From assembly GCA_965213625.1 (NCBI GenBank), contig CBDBZU010000004.1:3040001-3104000 (forward strand): a stretch of 64,000 bases of DNA. The letters are read 5' to 3'. The position numbers were made by a program, and so were the translations under genes. This document shows positions 30,226 to 39,087 of this stretch, in pieces (within the stretch, counting starts at the first letter, position 1; each line of letters opens with the position of its first letter). The notes under the pieces were generated by a model, which saw only the letters and a program-made list of their open reading frames with translations, did not search any database and was not told the DNA's origin. This DNA comes from a bacterium. GTDB lineage: Bacteria > UBA8248.

Positions 30226-31125
30226 TTACTTGAAAGCGGTAATGAGCACGCCACCCGCCACGACCATCCCCGCCGCGAATACGATGCGCGAGGTGATGCG
30301 CTCGAGCCCGCCCAGGAAGAGGTAGGTCCAAAGCACCACCCACAGGGGCACGAGGCGGCTGAGCGGCAGCACCGTCGAGACGGGCGCGATGCTCATCGCC
30401 GTCCAGAACATTATGGCCGCCAGCGTCGTGGTGACGCCTGCGCCGAGAAAAAGGTAGACGGCCCTCCTGTCGGCTTCGAGCTTGCCGCCGCCGGGCAGGA
30501 GGGGGCGCGTTACCGCGAGCAGGAGGGTTCCCGCCGTGAAGGCGCATGCGAAGCCCAGGATGGGGGTTTTCTGGTAGGAGAACGCGACGTTCGCCAGCAC
30601 GGGCAGCAGCGCATAGGAGAGCGACGATGTGAGCGGGTAGACCAGCCCGCCCTGAAAGAAGCTCTTGAAGCTCTGACCGCTGCGCCGCTCGCCGAGTGAG
30701 AGCAGGCAGACGCCCGCCACGATGAGAACCGTCCCCATCGCCACACCGACGCCGGGCCGCTCGCCCAGGAATATCATCGCGAAGGTGACCGAGAAAATGG
30801 GGGTGGAGGATTGAATCGGCACCGAGCGGCTCACGCCCATCTTCTCGATGCCGATGGCGTTCGTGAGCTGTCCCACGCCCTGCCCCAGGCAGCCGCCGAG
30901 CATGAATATCAACACCGGCGTGAGCATGGATTCCTGGAGCGTTCCGCGAGCAGCCGCGATGGTGAGGCCCAGAACGGAAACCGTCGCACTTAAGATAAGC
31001 ACGCCGGCTATCGGCGTCGCACTCCTCACTCCCTGGCGGATGGCGATCAGAGACGTCGAATAAGACAAAGACGCCCCTACCGCGAGTAATTCCCCCAAGC
31101 CTGCTTGTGCGAAAAGTCCCGACAT
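30226..31125 (-). CDS. DMT/EamA family transporter
   Basis: Paralogue of its neighbours; FLGERP, VLPLSRLVPLW. Confidence 0.9.
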   Translation of the reverse strand: MSGLFAQAGLGELLAVGASLSYSTSLIAIRQGVRSATPIAGVLILSATVSVLGLTIAAARGTLQESMLTPVLIFMLGGCLGQGVGQLTNAIGIEKMGVSRSVPIQSSTPIFSVTFAMIFLGERPGVGVAMGTVLIVAGVCLLSLGERRSGQSFKSFFQGGLVYPLTSSLSYALLPVLANVAFSYQKTPILGFACAFTAGTLLLAVTRPLLPGGGKLEADRRAVYLFLGAGVTTTLAAIMFWTAMSIAPVSTVLPLSRLVPLWVVLWTYLFLGGLERITSRIVFAAGMVVAGGVLITAFK

Positions 31126-31173
31126 TTTATGACTTACTGCTCCCCGATGATGCGCATCGCCGTCTTCAGGCGG

Positions 31174-32076
31174 CTAGCGGAACAGGGTGATCATCACCCC
31201 GCCGGACACGACGAGGCACGCTGCGAGGACCGTTCTTGCGGCAACGCGCTCTATTTTCCCCAGAAACAAGAAACTGAACAGGATCACCCAAAGGGGCGTC
31301 ATCCGGCTCAGCGGCAATACGCTCGACACCATGCCCGCCACGAACGCCGTCCACATCAGAAAAGCGGCGATGATGTTGAACGGAAGTCCCACGAGGAGGG
31401 CTTTCACCGTCTGGGCGTTGCCTCTTATCACCCCGCCGTCGGGCGTCATGCGCCTCGCCGCCAGCATCAGCAAAAGCCCTGAGCCGAACGCCACGCCGAA
31501 TCCCAGATAGGGCGCCTGCTGCTCGGCGAGACCCAGCTTGGCGAACACAGGCACCATCGCATAGCACAAAGAAGAGAAAAGCGGCAGGAGGTAATCCTTC
31601 CGGCTCCAGTTTGGAGACTCGCCTCCCGCGCGTTTTCGCTCCGGCCAGGAGAGCAGAAAGACGCCACCCACGATCCCGAGCGTCCCCAGGAGCACATAGA
31701 CGCCCGGCTGCTCGCCCAGGATGATGATGGCGAAAACCACGCCCCAAAGAGGCGCGGACGAGTGTACCGCCGTGGCCCGGTTCACGCCCAGACGCTCGAT
31801 GGCCGAGAAGAAGATGAGGCTCCCCGTACCGTGGCCGGCCACGCCCGTAAGAGCGAACCAGCCGAGCGCCCGCACGTTGGTGGACGCCAGGGTGCCGAGC
31901 ACGAGGGCGGTCGTCAGCCCCACGATGCTCACCAGCGAATTGAGGACGATGATGCTCATCAGGGGGCTTCCGGTCGTCATCGCCCGGCGCACCGTTATGA
32001 GTGTAATGGAATAACTGAACGAGGTCGCCAAAGCGAGAAACTCAGGACTCCCCCATGATGATATCCACTCGACCAT
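31174..32076 (-). CDS. DMT/EamA family transporter
   Basis: Paralogue; ILGEQP, VLPLSRMTPLW. Start set at ATG 32076. Confidence 0.9.
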   Translation of the reverse strand: MVEWISSWGSPEFLALATSFSYSITLITVRRAMTTGSPLMSIIVLNSLVSIVGLTTALVLGTLASTNVRALGWFALTGVAGHGTGSLIFFSAIERLGVNRATAVHSSAPLWGVVFAIIILGEQPGVYVLLGTLGIVGGVFLLSWPERKRAGGESPNWSRKDYLLPLFSSLCYAMVPVFAKLGLAEQQAPYLGFGVAFGSGLLLMLAARRMTPDGGVIRGNAQTVKALLVGLPFNIIAAFLMWTAFVAGMVSSVLPLSRMTPLWVILFSFLFLGKIERVAARTVLAACLVVSGGVMITLFR

Positions 32077-32202
32077 GGGCGGACTATACACCCCAAGTTC
32101 CCATGAGGCGAGGAGTAGGGAACCATCTGGTCACGGCCCGGTTCAACGGATAGAATACGCCCGATAAATCAAATTTTCATTCCATGAACCAGGAGGCGTA
32201 AT

Positions 32203-32514
32203 ATGGCGGATGAGAGAGTATTCCTGATCGCGTGGCTCAAACCAAAACCCGGAAAAGAAGACGAGATGGCGGAACTTTTAGGCGGCATGTGCGCACCCTC
32301 GCGCAATGAGGGCGGCTGCATCTTCTATAACCTCTTCAGGTCGACGGACGAGGCGGGCGCGTTCCATTTCATCGAGTGCTGGAAATCGCAGGCCGATCTC
32401 GACGCGCACCGGGAAGAGCCGCACTACAAGAATTTCAGGGAGAAACTGCCCGACCTGCTCGCAGAGCCCGTGGGCGTGAAATTCCTGGAAGCCGTCGATT
32501 CGACGATGGGGTGA
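32203..32514 (+). CDS. ABM-domain putative quinol monooxygenase
   Basis: KPGKEDE, SRNEGGCIFY, IECWKSQADLDAHREEPHY. AGGAGG RBS. Confidence 0.9.
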   Translation: MADERVFLIAWLKPKPGKEDEMAELLGGMCAPSRNEGGCIFYNLFRSTDEAGAFHFIECWKSQADLDAHREEPHYKNFREKLPDLLAEPVGVKFLEAVDSTMG

Positions 32515-32529
32515 TATTGGGTTGAAGGG

Positions 32530-32785
32530 TCGTAGCGTAGGGACAGGTCGCGGGGGCCTGTCCGCTACAAATGAAATGACAATCAAGACGGCTTGCCATC
32601 ATTCCGGCGTAAATTGAATGAAAACGAACTTCATGAACACTCCCCTTTGATCGGGTTGTCAATACATGTGTAGGGGTCGCATATTATGCGACCCGCATTG
32701 TGAAAACGAAAAGGCAGGGCCTCATGTATGTCGGACATATATGTCCGATCTACAACAGAAGCAGCAATGACGCCGGAATGACGAT
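32530..32785. repeat. REP-like cluster B
   Basis: Hybrid GTAGGGACAGGTCGCG/GGCCTGTCCGCTAC; TCATTCCGGCGT...ACGCCGGAATGA arms enclosing a GTAGGGGTCGCATATTATGCGACCC...TCGGACATATATGTCCGATCTAC doublet. Confidence 0.8.
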
Positions 32786-32822
32786 CAAAGGCGTACGCAG
32801 GCGAGCACAGGGAATCGCCCGC

Positions 32823-33533
32823 CTACCCCGGCACCTCCATGCGCCGGTAGGATTCGGCGCACTCGAGGCCGCCCTCTTCGCCCGAGCGTTTCGCCCAGTT
32901 TCTGAGATGGGGAACCAGCTCTTCAAAATCCTTGACCTGGCTCTTGTGGCACTTGAGCGCCTTGATTTTGAGGTCGAACGTATCGGTGATGTCCACCCAG
33001 GTGTCGGCGCCGCGAATCGTCTTGAAATAGACTTCCCTGGGATTGTGCGGCTCCAGACCCTCGGCCAACAGTTCGGGAAAGAAATTCGCATTCCCCACGG
33101 CGGGATAGAGCGCGTCGAAAACCGCCTTGGCGACGGCGCGGTGATCGCGGTGGTAGCCGTAGAAGCTGTCGAAAGCGTCGTTCGCCGGATCGTCGGCGAT
33201 GACGAGGTCCGGCTTGCACTCCCTCATCACATGCACGAGGTCGCGCCTGAGTTCGGTGGTGTTGCGCACTTCCCCGTCCGTATGGCGCAGGAAATGAACA
33301 TGCTCCACGCCGACGACGGCCGCCGCCGCGCGCTGTTCGCTCTCGCGAATCGCTCGTTTCTCCTCGATGGTCATGCGGCGCGATTCGGGGCCGTTCACGC
33401 CCTTGTCCCCGCTCGTGGCGAGGCAATACTCCACGCGCCTGCCCTCGCGCACCCATTTGGCGGCCGAGCCCGCCGAGCGGAACTCGATGTCGTCGGGGTG
33501 CGCGCAGATGATGAGAATTTTCTGATGTTCCAT
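32823..33533 (-). CDS. PIG-L/LmbE family deacetylase
   Basis: AHPDD, TSGDKG, RESEQRAA, YHRDHR, KALKCHKSQ. Confidence 0.92.
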   Translation of the reverse strand: MEHQKILIICAHPDDIEFRSAGSAAKWVREGRRVEYCLATSGDKGVNGPESRRMTIEEKRAIRESEQRAAAAVVGVEHVHFLRHTDGEVRNTTELRRDLVHVMRECKPDLVIADDPANDAFDSFYGYHRDHRAVAKAVFDALYPAVGNANFFPELLAEGLEPHNPREVYFKTIRGADTWVDITDTFDLKIKALKCHKSQVKDFEELVPHLRNWAKRSGEEGGLECAESYRRMEVPG

Positions 33534-33609
33534 CGGGGTTTCCTTATGTGGGCCAAGCGGCAAGGCGACTTATAGCAGGGGGCGATGCGCATCGCAAAGG
33601 GGAAGGGGC

Positions 33610-34330
33610 ACCCCCCCCTACCCCCCTTGTGTCGGGGTTGTTGAAAAAGTCTTTGTGTGAGATTTTTCGTTTGTTGTAGCGGACAGGCCCCTGCGCCTGT
33701 CTGGGGCCTCCGTGCCTGTCCTGAATGTAACCATCCTGCAAAAGGACAACCACGGAGGGCCGGACGACTCCGATAAGGGTTGTCCGGCTACACCCCCTCG
33801 CGTCGAACCCTCTCTCCCCGGTCGGCTCCATACGCCGAATCTCGAATTTGAGGCATTTTCAACAGCCCCCTTGTCAAAAGGGTAATAGCGATGTCCCCCG
33901 ACAAGAGAGTGGAAGAAAAGCCCCCCTTGACAAGGGGGAGTACGGGGTCAAACGCGAGCGAAGAGCGAGTGTTTGCAGCCTTTCCAGTCGAGAGGGGCGT
34001 CCTCTCTACTCTCTAAAAAGGGGACTTTTTCAACAACTCCCGTAAGGACAGGTCACGACCTGTCCCTACACCTTCTGAGATAATCATTCCTCCACGAATC
34101 GAATATCCGGTGTAGGTGACAGCTCCTCCTTGGGGCTGCTCCACGCATAAATGCGACCCTTGTTTTCTATCCAACGTAGCCTCGATAGATTATGATTTGA
34201 GTCCGAACGGGCCGCATGTATGCGGCCCCTACATTAATTTTCGACAAACAACTCAGAAGACAGATAGCTACTGCCGCCCCCCACTCCTCGGTCGGCGAAT
34301 GCTCGTTCCTCACTCGCGTTCGACCCCATG
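33610..34330. repeat. Nested REP/MITE-like cluster C
   Basis: GGGGTTGTTGAAAAAG 33634...TTTTCAACAGCCCC 33856 enclosing a REP doublet; CCCCCCTTGACAAGGGGG; palindrome 34042-34069; GGGCCGCATGTATGCGGCCCCTAC; inverted pair GGGGTCAAACGCGAGCGA (33944) / TCACTCGCGTTCGACCCC (34310). Confidence 0.85.
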
Positions 34331-34413
34331 GTCGCCACCCCGAAAATCTGCTAAAAATAATGAAAAACACCTGCGCGAGATTTATTGCGAACCTGAATGA
34401 GGAGGAGACCGAG

Positions 34414-35004
34414 ATGTCGAGAATCACGCCGATGCCAGATGACGCCAAAGGCGATCACGAACCGCTCTTCGAGCAATCGAGGGAAAGATGGGGCACTGTT
34501 CCCAGTTTCTACCGCGCCCTGGCGCATTCGCCCGAAGCGCTGCGCCACATCATGAACCTGACGGTGGCCCTGAGGAGCCAGTGGCGGGCCGAGCCTTCGA
34601 GAATGCGCCTGATGCAGTTGGCGATCCTGACGCCCTCGCTCATCAACGACTGCGAGATATGAACGAACCACAACATAAAGCTTGGTCAAGCTGCCGGTCT
34701 GAATGATGAACATGTATCTTTGATAGTCGATGGATGGGAGGACAGCGACCTGTTCGATGAGCGGGAAAAGGCGGTGATCCGCTGGGCGACGGCTCTCACG
34801 CGGAACACGGCCGCCGCAGACGACGCCTGTTTCGCGCCGCTCAGGGAGTTTTTCAGCGAGAAGGACATCGTGGAACTTACCTTGTTCACCTGCCTGTTCA
34901 ACGCCTGGAACCGCCTGCAGGACGGCCTCCACAACCCCGTTGAGCCGCCCGACGACATCATCGGCTGGAAGGAATGGGAGGAAGTGGCGCAGGTGTCGGA
35001 TTAG
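34414..35004 (+). CDS. AhpD/CMD-family peroxidase-like protein with in-frame UGA (probable selenocysteine, CxxU)
   Basis: GGAGGAG RBS then ATG 34414. ...NDCEI-TGA(34660-62)-TNHN... continues in frame through the track's 34720 ORF to TAG 35004 (196 aa). Typical C-terminal LFDEREKAVIRW...FSEKDIVELT...NAWNR. Confidence 0.85.
34679..34692 (+). promoter_or_regulatory. Candidate bacterial SECIS hairpin
   Basis: AGCTT-GGTC-AAGCT; the G-initial apical loop begins 21 nt after the UGA. Confidence 0.55.
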
Positions 35005-35018
35005 GTGGGGGGTGAGGC

Positions 35019-35267
35019 CGTAGGGGCGACCTTGCGTGGTCGCCCTTTATCGGATAGGCACAGGGGCCTGTCCCTACGGGTCAACCCAACTAAAGAGGGA
35101 AGAGTTTCAATGGATTTGTAGGGGCCGCATATTTGCGGCCCGCGCTGACAAGAGAGATCTATACGAGCCGAAAATCGCCTAGTCTCCACGAATTTTTGCG
35201 AAAACGGCAAGAATCAACCCACGGGTCGCATATATGTAGCGCTCCCAAGGAGGGAGCGCTACCTACA
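35019..35267. repeat. REP doublets (cluster D)
   Basis: GTAGGGGCGACCTTGCGTGGTCGCCC...GGCCTGTCCCTAC and GTAGGGGCCGCATATTTGCGGCCC...GGGTCGCATATATG-hairpin-CCTAC. Confidence 0.85.
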
Positions 35268-35328
35268 AAACAACCACGACTGATGAGAGAGGCAAACGCC
35301 CTCCTCCCTATTTCAACGAGAGATAAAC

Positions 35329-36123
35329 ATGGATTTAGGCATCAAGGGAAAATCGACACTAGTGACGGGCGGCAGCCGGGGCATCGGCCGCGAGACGGCG
35401 AGGCGCTTTCTCGAAGAGGGCGCCCGCGTGTTCACCTGCGCGAGAAACGAGGTGGCCCTTGCCGAGACCTGCGCCGGGCTCGCCGCAGAAACCGGAGGTG
35501 AAATCCACTACGCCGTGGCGGATACCTCGAACGAAGCCGAACTCGCGCCCCTGGTCGAGCGCGCGCAGGAAAAACTCGGTTCCATCGACATTCTGGTGAA
35601 CAACGCGGGAACCATGAGTTCTGGCAGGTTCGAGGCGCTCGATGACGCCGCTCTTCAGAATCAACTCGACACCAAGCTGTTCGGTTTCCTGAGGCTCATC
35701 CGACTGGTGGAGCCGGGGATGCGCGCGAAGGGGTGGGGCCGCATCGTGAACATGATCGGCGGCGCCGGGAAGGAACCCGACCCCTACATGTTCGGCAGCG
35801 GCATGACGAACAGCGCGCTCCTGAACATGACGAAATCGCTATCCACCGAATTCGGCGAGGCGGGCATTCACGTGAACGCGGTATGCCCCGGCTGGGTGGA
35901 TACCGCTCTCTGGAGAATGAACGCCCAGGGCCTTGCGGCGGAACTCGAAGCCGATTCCGAAGATGAGGCCCGCCGCCGCGCGGCGCGCAAGAACGCGCTG
36001 GGCCGGTTCGGCAAGCCCGAAGAATTGGCCGACGCCATCGTCTTTCTCTGCTCGGAACGTGCGAGCTACATTACCGGCATCTCTCTCAATCTCGACGGCG
36101 GCAGGCTGAAGGCGTTGTGGTAG
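35329..36123 (+). CDS. SDR family oxidoreductase
   Basis: VTGGSRGIG, ILVNNAG, VNAVCPG, ASYITG..L.LDGG. The canonical YxxxK is not evident (SGMTN). Confidence 0.9.
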   Translation: MDLGIKGKSTLVTGGSRGIGRETARRFLEEGARVFTCARNEVALAETCAGLAAETGGEIHYAVADTSNEAELAPLVERAQEKLGSIDILVNNAGTMSSGRFEALDDAALQNQLDTKLFGFLRLIRLVEPGMRAKGWGRIVNMIGGAGKEPDPYMFGSGMTNSALLNMTKSLSTEFGEAGIHVNAVCPGWVDTALWRMNAQGLAAELEADSEDEARRRAARKNALGRFGKPEELADAIVFLCSERASYITGISLNLDGGRLKALW

Positions 36124-36169
36124 AGGATAACCTCGCCTGATTTCTGCTGCGAATGTTTTATGGTCTGTT

Positions 36170-36507
36170 GTAAGGACAGGTCGCGACCTGTGGGACAGCC
36201 CCGAGAGGGGCTATCACTACCGAAACCGCTCGGTTTCAATGCCGGGCTTTCCCCTCGGAATGCCCGACCTTCAAGGGGTTGTTGAAAAAGTCCTCTTCGG
36301 CCTGAATTGACCACAGCCGTCATTCCGGCGAAAGCCGGAATCCATTGTCGAGCAGAATGACACTACTCCGTCTTTCCATCTCCCCGTCATTGGCGGGAAC
36401 CAATCAAAAAATAATAAACAAAGGCAAAACAAATGGATTCCGGCTTTCGCCGGAATGACGAACAAAACCGTACCGCATCGTAAGGACAGGTCGCGACCTG
36501 TCCCTAC
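36170..36507. repeat. REP cluster E including a perfect CGTC-type inverted pair
   Basis: CGTCATTCCGGCGAAAGCCGGAATCCATT 36318-36346 and its exact reverse complement 36432-36460; GTAAGGACAGGTCGCGACCTGT at 36170 and 36480; GGGGTTGTTGAAAAAG 36275. Confidence 0.88.
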
Positions 36508-36565
36508 CGAACGACACCCGCATTCCTGTCGACAAACTACAATCGCTCCTCGCTCGGTTTTGGTC

Positions 36566-36593
36566 TTGCACAAAATACCCAAATGATTACACT
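36566..36593 (+). promoter_or_regulatory. Putative sigma70 promoter of the AOR gene
   Basis: TTGCAC-N16-TACACT about 40 nt upstream of ATG 36635. Confidence 0.4.
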
Positions 36594-36634
36594 AGAGCTT
36601 CCAAAAAACTTCTTTCGTTCGCGTGGGGAAATCA

Positions 36635-38503
36635 ATGCTCGGATATCAAGGAAAAATACTTCACATCGACCTCAGCAACCGCACGTCCCGCACCGAGGAA
36701 TTCGGTGAAGAGATGGGCCGCAAATACCTGGGCGGAAACGGCTTCGGAGCCAAGATTCTCTGGGACCACCTGAAGCCCCGAACCGACGCGCTATCTCCTG
36801 AAAACATCATCGTCTTCGCCGTGGGGCCGTATACGGATTCCGCCGTGCCGAGCGCGAGCCGCGCGTGCGCCGCCTCCATCAGCCCGCTCACCGGGCTCTT
36901 CTTCGACTCCACCTTCGGCGGTGCGTGGCCCATCACCTTGAAGCGCACCGGGTGCGACGCTGTCGTCCTGCACGGAAAGGCCGATTCCCTGGTCTACCTC
37001 ATGCTCACGGAAGACGGCGTTGCGTTCAAAGACGCGAGCCACCTCAAGGGTAAATGGATTCGGGAGACGTGCGACACCATTACCGATACCGAGGGCGGCA
37101 CGGACGTATTGGCCATCGGCCCCGCCGGGGAGAACCAGGTGCGCTTCGCGGCCATGGCGCACACCTGGCGCAAGAGCCGAGACGGCATCAGCGGACGCGG
37201 GGGCATGGCGGCGGTTCTGGGAAGCAAGAACGTCAAGGCCATCGCCGTGCGCGGCAAGGCGAAAACCGCCTGGGCGGACGCCAAGGCGCTCAGGACCTAC
37301 GTGAACGAGACGGCGGAGGACGTGCGCACGGGCACGGCGGCGCTCCACAAATACGGAACGCCGATTCTCGTCAACATGATCAACAAGATGGGCGCGCTCG
37401 GCACGCGGAACCTCATGAGCGAAATCTTTGAGAACTGCGAACCCATCAGCGGCGAGTACATGCACGACAATTTCCTGGACAAGCACACCACCTGCCTCAA
37501 ATGCCCGGTGGCGTGCGGCAAGAATTTCAAGATGAAAGGCGGCGATTTCGACGGCCTGGTGTGGAAGCTCCCCGAGTACGAGACCATTTTCGCGCTGGGA
37601 ACCATGCTGGGCATCGGCGACCCGGGCGTCATGCTCCAGGCGAACATGCTCTGCGATGAACTGGGGCTCGACACGATATCCGCAGGCGTCACGCTCTCGC
37701 TGGCCTTCGAGAGCATGGAGAAAGGACTATTGAGCGAGGCGGAAGTCGGCGAGCCCCTCAACTGGGGCGATTCCGCCACCATGCTGAGGCTCCTGGAGGA
37801 CATGACCCACCGCAAGGGCTTCGGCGACAGGCTGGCCGAGGGCGGCAAGCGCCTGGCCGCGGATATCGGCGGCGACGCGCCCAATCTTCTGTATGCTTCG
37901 CGCGGACTTGAACTCCCGGCGCACAGCGCGCGCGCGCTCAAGGGCATGTCCATCGGCTACGCCACCGGCACGCGAGGCGGCAGCCACCACGACACCCGCC
38001 CCACCCTGCAGTACGCCTCTGACCACGACAATACCTCGACCGAGGGCAAGTCCGAGTTCGCCGTGCGCACGCAGAACTTCACGGCGCTTGGTGATTCCAT
38101 CACCCAGTGCCGCTTCACGGCGGAGCGCGGCTACGGGGCGATGATCAATGAAAAATATGCGGAAATGCTCAACCTGGTGACCGGCTGGGATACGACGGCG
38201 GATGAGCTGGAGGAAACCGGCGAGCGCATCTGCAACCTGGAGCGCGCCCTCCACGTGCGCGAAGGGGTGAGCCGCGCGGACGACATGCTGCCGTACAAGG
38301 TGATGCACGAGCCGATTCCCGACGGGCCGCACAAGGGGATGCACTGCCCGCCTGATGAGCTCGAAGGCATGAAAAACGAGTTTTATGGCATCCGCGGCTG
38401 GGATGAGAACGGGTTCCCCACGCAGGCGACGCTTCAAAGGCTCAAAATGGATGACGTGGCCGATGCGCTGGCAAACAACGGCGGGGGCAACGGCGCGGGT
38501 TGA
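36635..38503 (+). CDS. aor: Aldehyde:ferredoxin oxidoreductase (tungsten AOR family)
   Basis: YLGGNGFG, SPLTG, IGPAGEN, GRGGMAAVLGSKNVKAI, CLKCPVAC, PEYET, CDELGLDTIS, TGTRGGSH. Confidence 0.93.
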   Translation: MLGYQGKILHIDLSNRTSRTEEFGEEMGRKYLGGNGFGAKILWDHLKPRTDALSPENIIVFAVGPYTDSAVPSASRACAASISPLTGLFFDSTFGGAWPITLKRTGCDAVVLHGKADSLVYLMLTEDGVAFKDASHLKGKWIRETCDTITDTEGGTDVLAIGPAGENQVRFAAMAHTWRKSRDGISGRGGMAAVLGSKNVKAIAVRGKAKTAWADAKALRTYVNETAEDVRTGTAALHKYGTPILVNMINKMGALGTRNLMSEIFENCEPISGEYMHDNFLDKHTTCLKCPVACGKNFKMKGGDFDGLVWKLPEYETIFALGTMLGIGDPGVMLQANMLCDELGLDTISAGVTLSLAFESMEKGLLSEAEVGEPLNWGDSATMLRLLEDMTHRKGFGDRLAEGGKRLAADIGGDAPNLLYASRGLELPAHSARALKGMSIGYATGTRGGSHHDTRPTLQYASDHDNTSTEGKSEFAVRTQNFTALGDSITQCRFTAERGYGAMINEKYAEMLNLVTGWDTTADELEETGERICNLERALHVREGVSRADDMLPYKVMHEPIPDGPHKGMHCPPDELEGMKNEFYGIRGWDENGFPTQATLQRLKMDDVADALANNGGGNGAG

Positions 38504-38564
38504 GATAGCACGCCGGCGAAATGATGTTCATGTGGGGACAGGCACAGGGGCCTATGGGATAGCC

Positions 38565-38920
38565 TTGAGGAGGGGCTGTTGCTAAGAAATAGCCCTCCTT
38601 CTCCACTCGGCATACAGCTATCGCTCCTTGCTCAGTCGCGAATGCCCTCCCGGTCAGGAAAACAACCATAGGTGCGAAATTCATCCAGCCTCCCTGGCTG
38701 CTGGAAACGCCGATCCAGGCGGTGGGTGAGGTCGCTCTCTCCCCGGTCGTGAGCGACCTCAGTCGTCCGCATTTCCCCGCAATTGCCGCCACAGCGTTTT
38801 TGGTGAAATGCGCGAGAATCCACGCGCTGACCGGTAGTCCGGAGGAGGTCGTCATGTCCATTTCAAGGAACCACGAGAACCCCGCCCGGACTGGCCGATC
38901 CGTCCCCGCCCGAGGGGATT
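38565..38920 (-). ncRNA. Candidate structured non-coding RNA, family not recognised
   Basis: Intergenic between convergent genes; several consecutive hairpins; G-U pairs favour the minus strand; possible 5'-3' closing stem; AT-rich upstream region. Confidence 0.5.
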
Positions 38921-39087
38921 CGAAGATAATGAACAATTCGATAAATATCGATAAATTCACGGGGTTATTCGATAAATTCCTGAAAATTAATTGAGGGTTA
39001 TTCGAAGCAATATCAACCGTATACGGATTTCACAGGTCGTTTTTCAGGATATTTCGGCGCGCAAAATATTCAAGGGTTATGTAAAAT

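Noticed and set aside
34216-35004. Pseudogene or two separate genes
   Set aside because: A single in-frame TGA at a catalytic Cys position, with intact flanks and a downstream hairpin, fits Sec recoding better.
38840-38880. tRNA-Sec suggested by a TTCAA loop
   Set aside because: No acceptor, D or T arm architecture; the pairing favours the opposite strand.
38442-38994. ORFs 38442-38960 (-), 38722-38994 (+) and a 46-aa ORF after GGAGGAGG at 38854
   Set aside because: No recognisable motifs, and they run across hairpins and the AT-rich repeat box. The short ORF is not hydrophobic like a type I toxin. Not fully excluded.
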